In this document: in pieces, positions 63,597 through 64,000 of the stretch
Layout: each line of letters opens with the position of its first letter
Numbering within the stretch: position 1 is the stretch's first letter
Source of the DNA: an uncultured Christensenella sp.
GTDB lineage: Bacteria; Bacillota; Clostridia; Christensenellales; Borkfalkiaceae
Assembly (NCBI GenBank): GCA_910578065.1
Contig: CAJTPB010000009.1
Coordinates: 17,149 to 81,148 of the forward strand
Direction of reading: 5' to 3'
DNA length: 64,000 nucleotides
Translations under genes and position numbers: made by a program
Notes under the pieces: model-generated
The model's input: the letters and a program-made list of their open reading frames with translations, nothing else
The model's database searches: none
Told to the model about the DNA's origin: nothing

Positions 63597-63910
63597 ATTG
63601 TTTCTCTGCTAAATTACTGTTTATCGTGCACTCATTATATCACGAAAAATGAAAGAACGCAACCGATTGAATTTTGCGTGCTATATAAAACATATCTATA
63701 TCTCACTAGGCTACGAGTAGCCCAGTTCGTCCACGAAAAAGTACAGAAAAGGCACAGCTTAACGCTATGCCTAAATCTTTTTATTTGCATTTTATTAAAT
63801 TCCCTATGGGAATTACCGTAATTCGGCGCGCTTTTTTTATGCGGAGGGATTGATTTTTTTATTCCGATATCGTATAATAGAAAAAAACAAAAAAGAGGGT
63901 TTTAAAATTA

Positions 63911-64000
63911 TGGATTGGTTAAACGAACATGCGGGATTGCTGGTGCTCATCACCGCGGTCATTATTATTGCGATGGTTGCGCTTGCGATCGTCATTCTTT
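63911..64000 (+). CDS. 5' end of a membrane-anchored protein, truncated by the window edge
   Basis: CGTATAAT -10 and AGAGGG RBS, then ATG at 63911 (MDWLNEHAGLLVLITAVIIIAMVALAIVIL). Confidence 0.4.

Overview
A 64-kb chromosomal window from a moderately GC-rich, spore-forming Firmicutes/Clostridia-type bacterium. Supporting this: spmA-spmB, metG-tatD-rsmA synteny, CIRCE-hrcA-grpE-dnaK-dnaJ-prmA-rsmE-mtaB, and strong GGAGG ribosome-binding sites. Most of the window is ordinary. It holds housekeeping genes, two convergent BspA-type LRR lipoproteins, a MATE/ABC export block, and an EF-G paralog. It also holds a large AraC-controlled sugar-acid and polysaccharide utilisation region (TIM-barrel isomerases, Gfo/Idh/MocA, uxaC-uxuA-SDR-eda-kdgK, GH43-type hydrolases, a sugar ABC importer, a CBM-repeat lipoprotein and a SASA-type esterase). 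No rRNA, tRNA, CRISPR, cas, transposase, integrase or reverse transcriptase was found. The stand-out is a 1.9-kb intergenic array (14713-16628) of six head-to-tail ~320-bp units. Each unit has its own extended -10 promoter, a conserved leader, an exactly 78-nt hypervariable cassette, a ~130-nt conserved domain with compensatory base-pair changes, and an intrinsic terminator. The cassette evolves like coding sequence: one shared open frame and synonymous third-position changes at conserved residues. It nevertheless lacks an AUG, a Shine-Dalgarno sequence and a conserved stop. I cannot assign it to any RNA or peptide family I know. Secondary observations are: G9 tracts in the promoter spacers of both LRR lipoprotein genes and inside a surface-protein CDS; a leaderless 20-codon uORF plus terminator ahead of a GNAT gene; a leaderless AraC gene; two AT-rich islands, one flanked by 35-bp direct repeats and carrying a secreted-protein gene with an in-frame TAA; a MATE-hydrolase fusion; a 21-bp inverted-repeat pair; and several intergenic tandem-repeat arrays.
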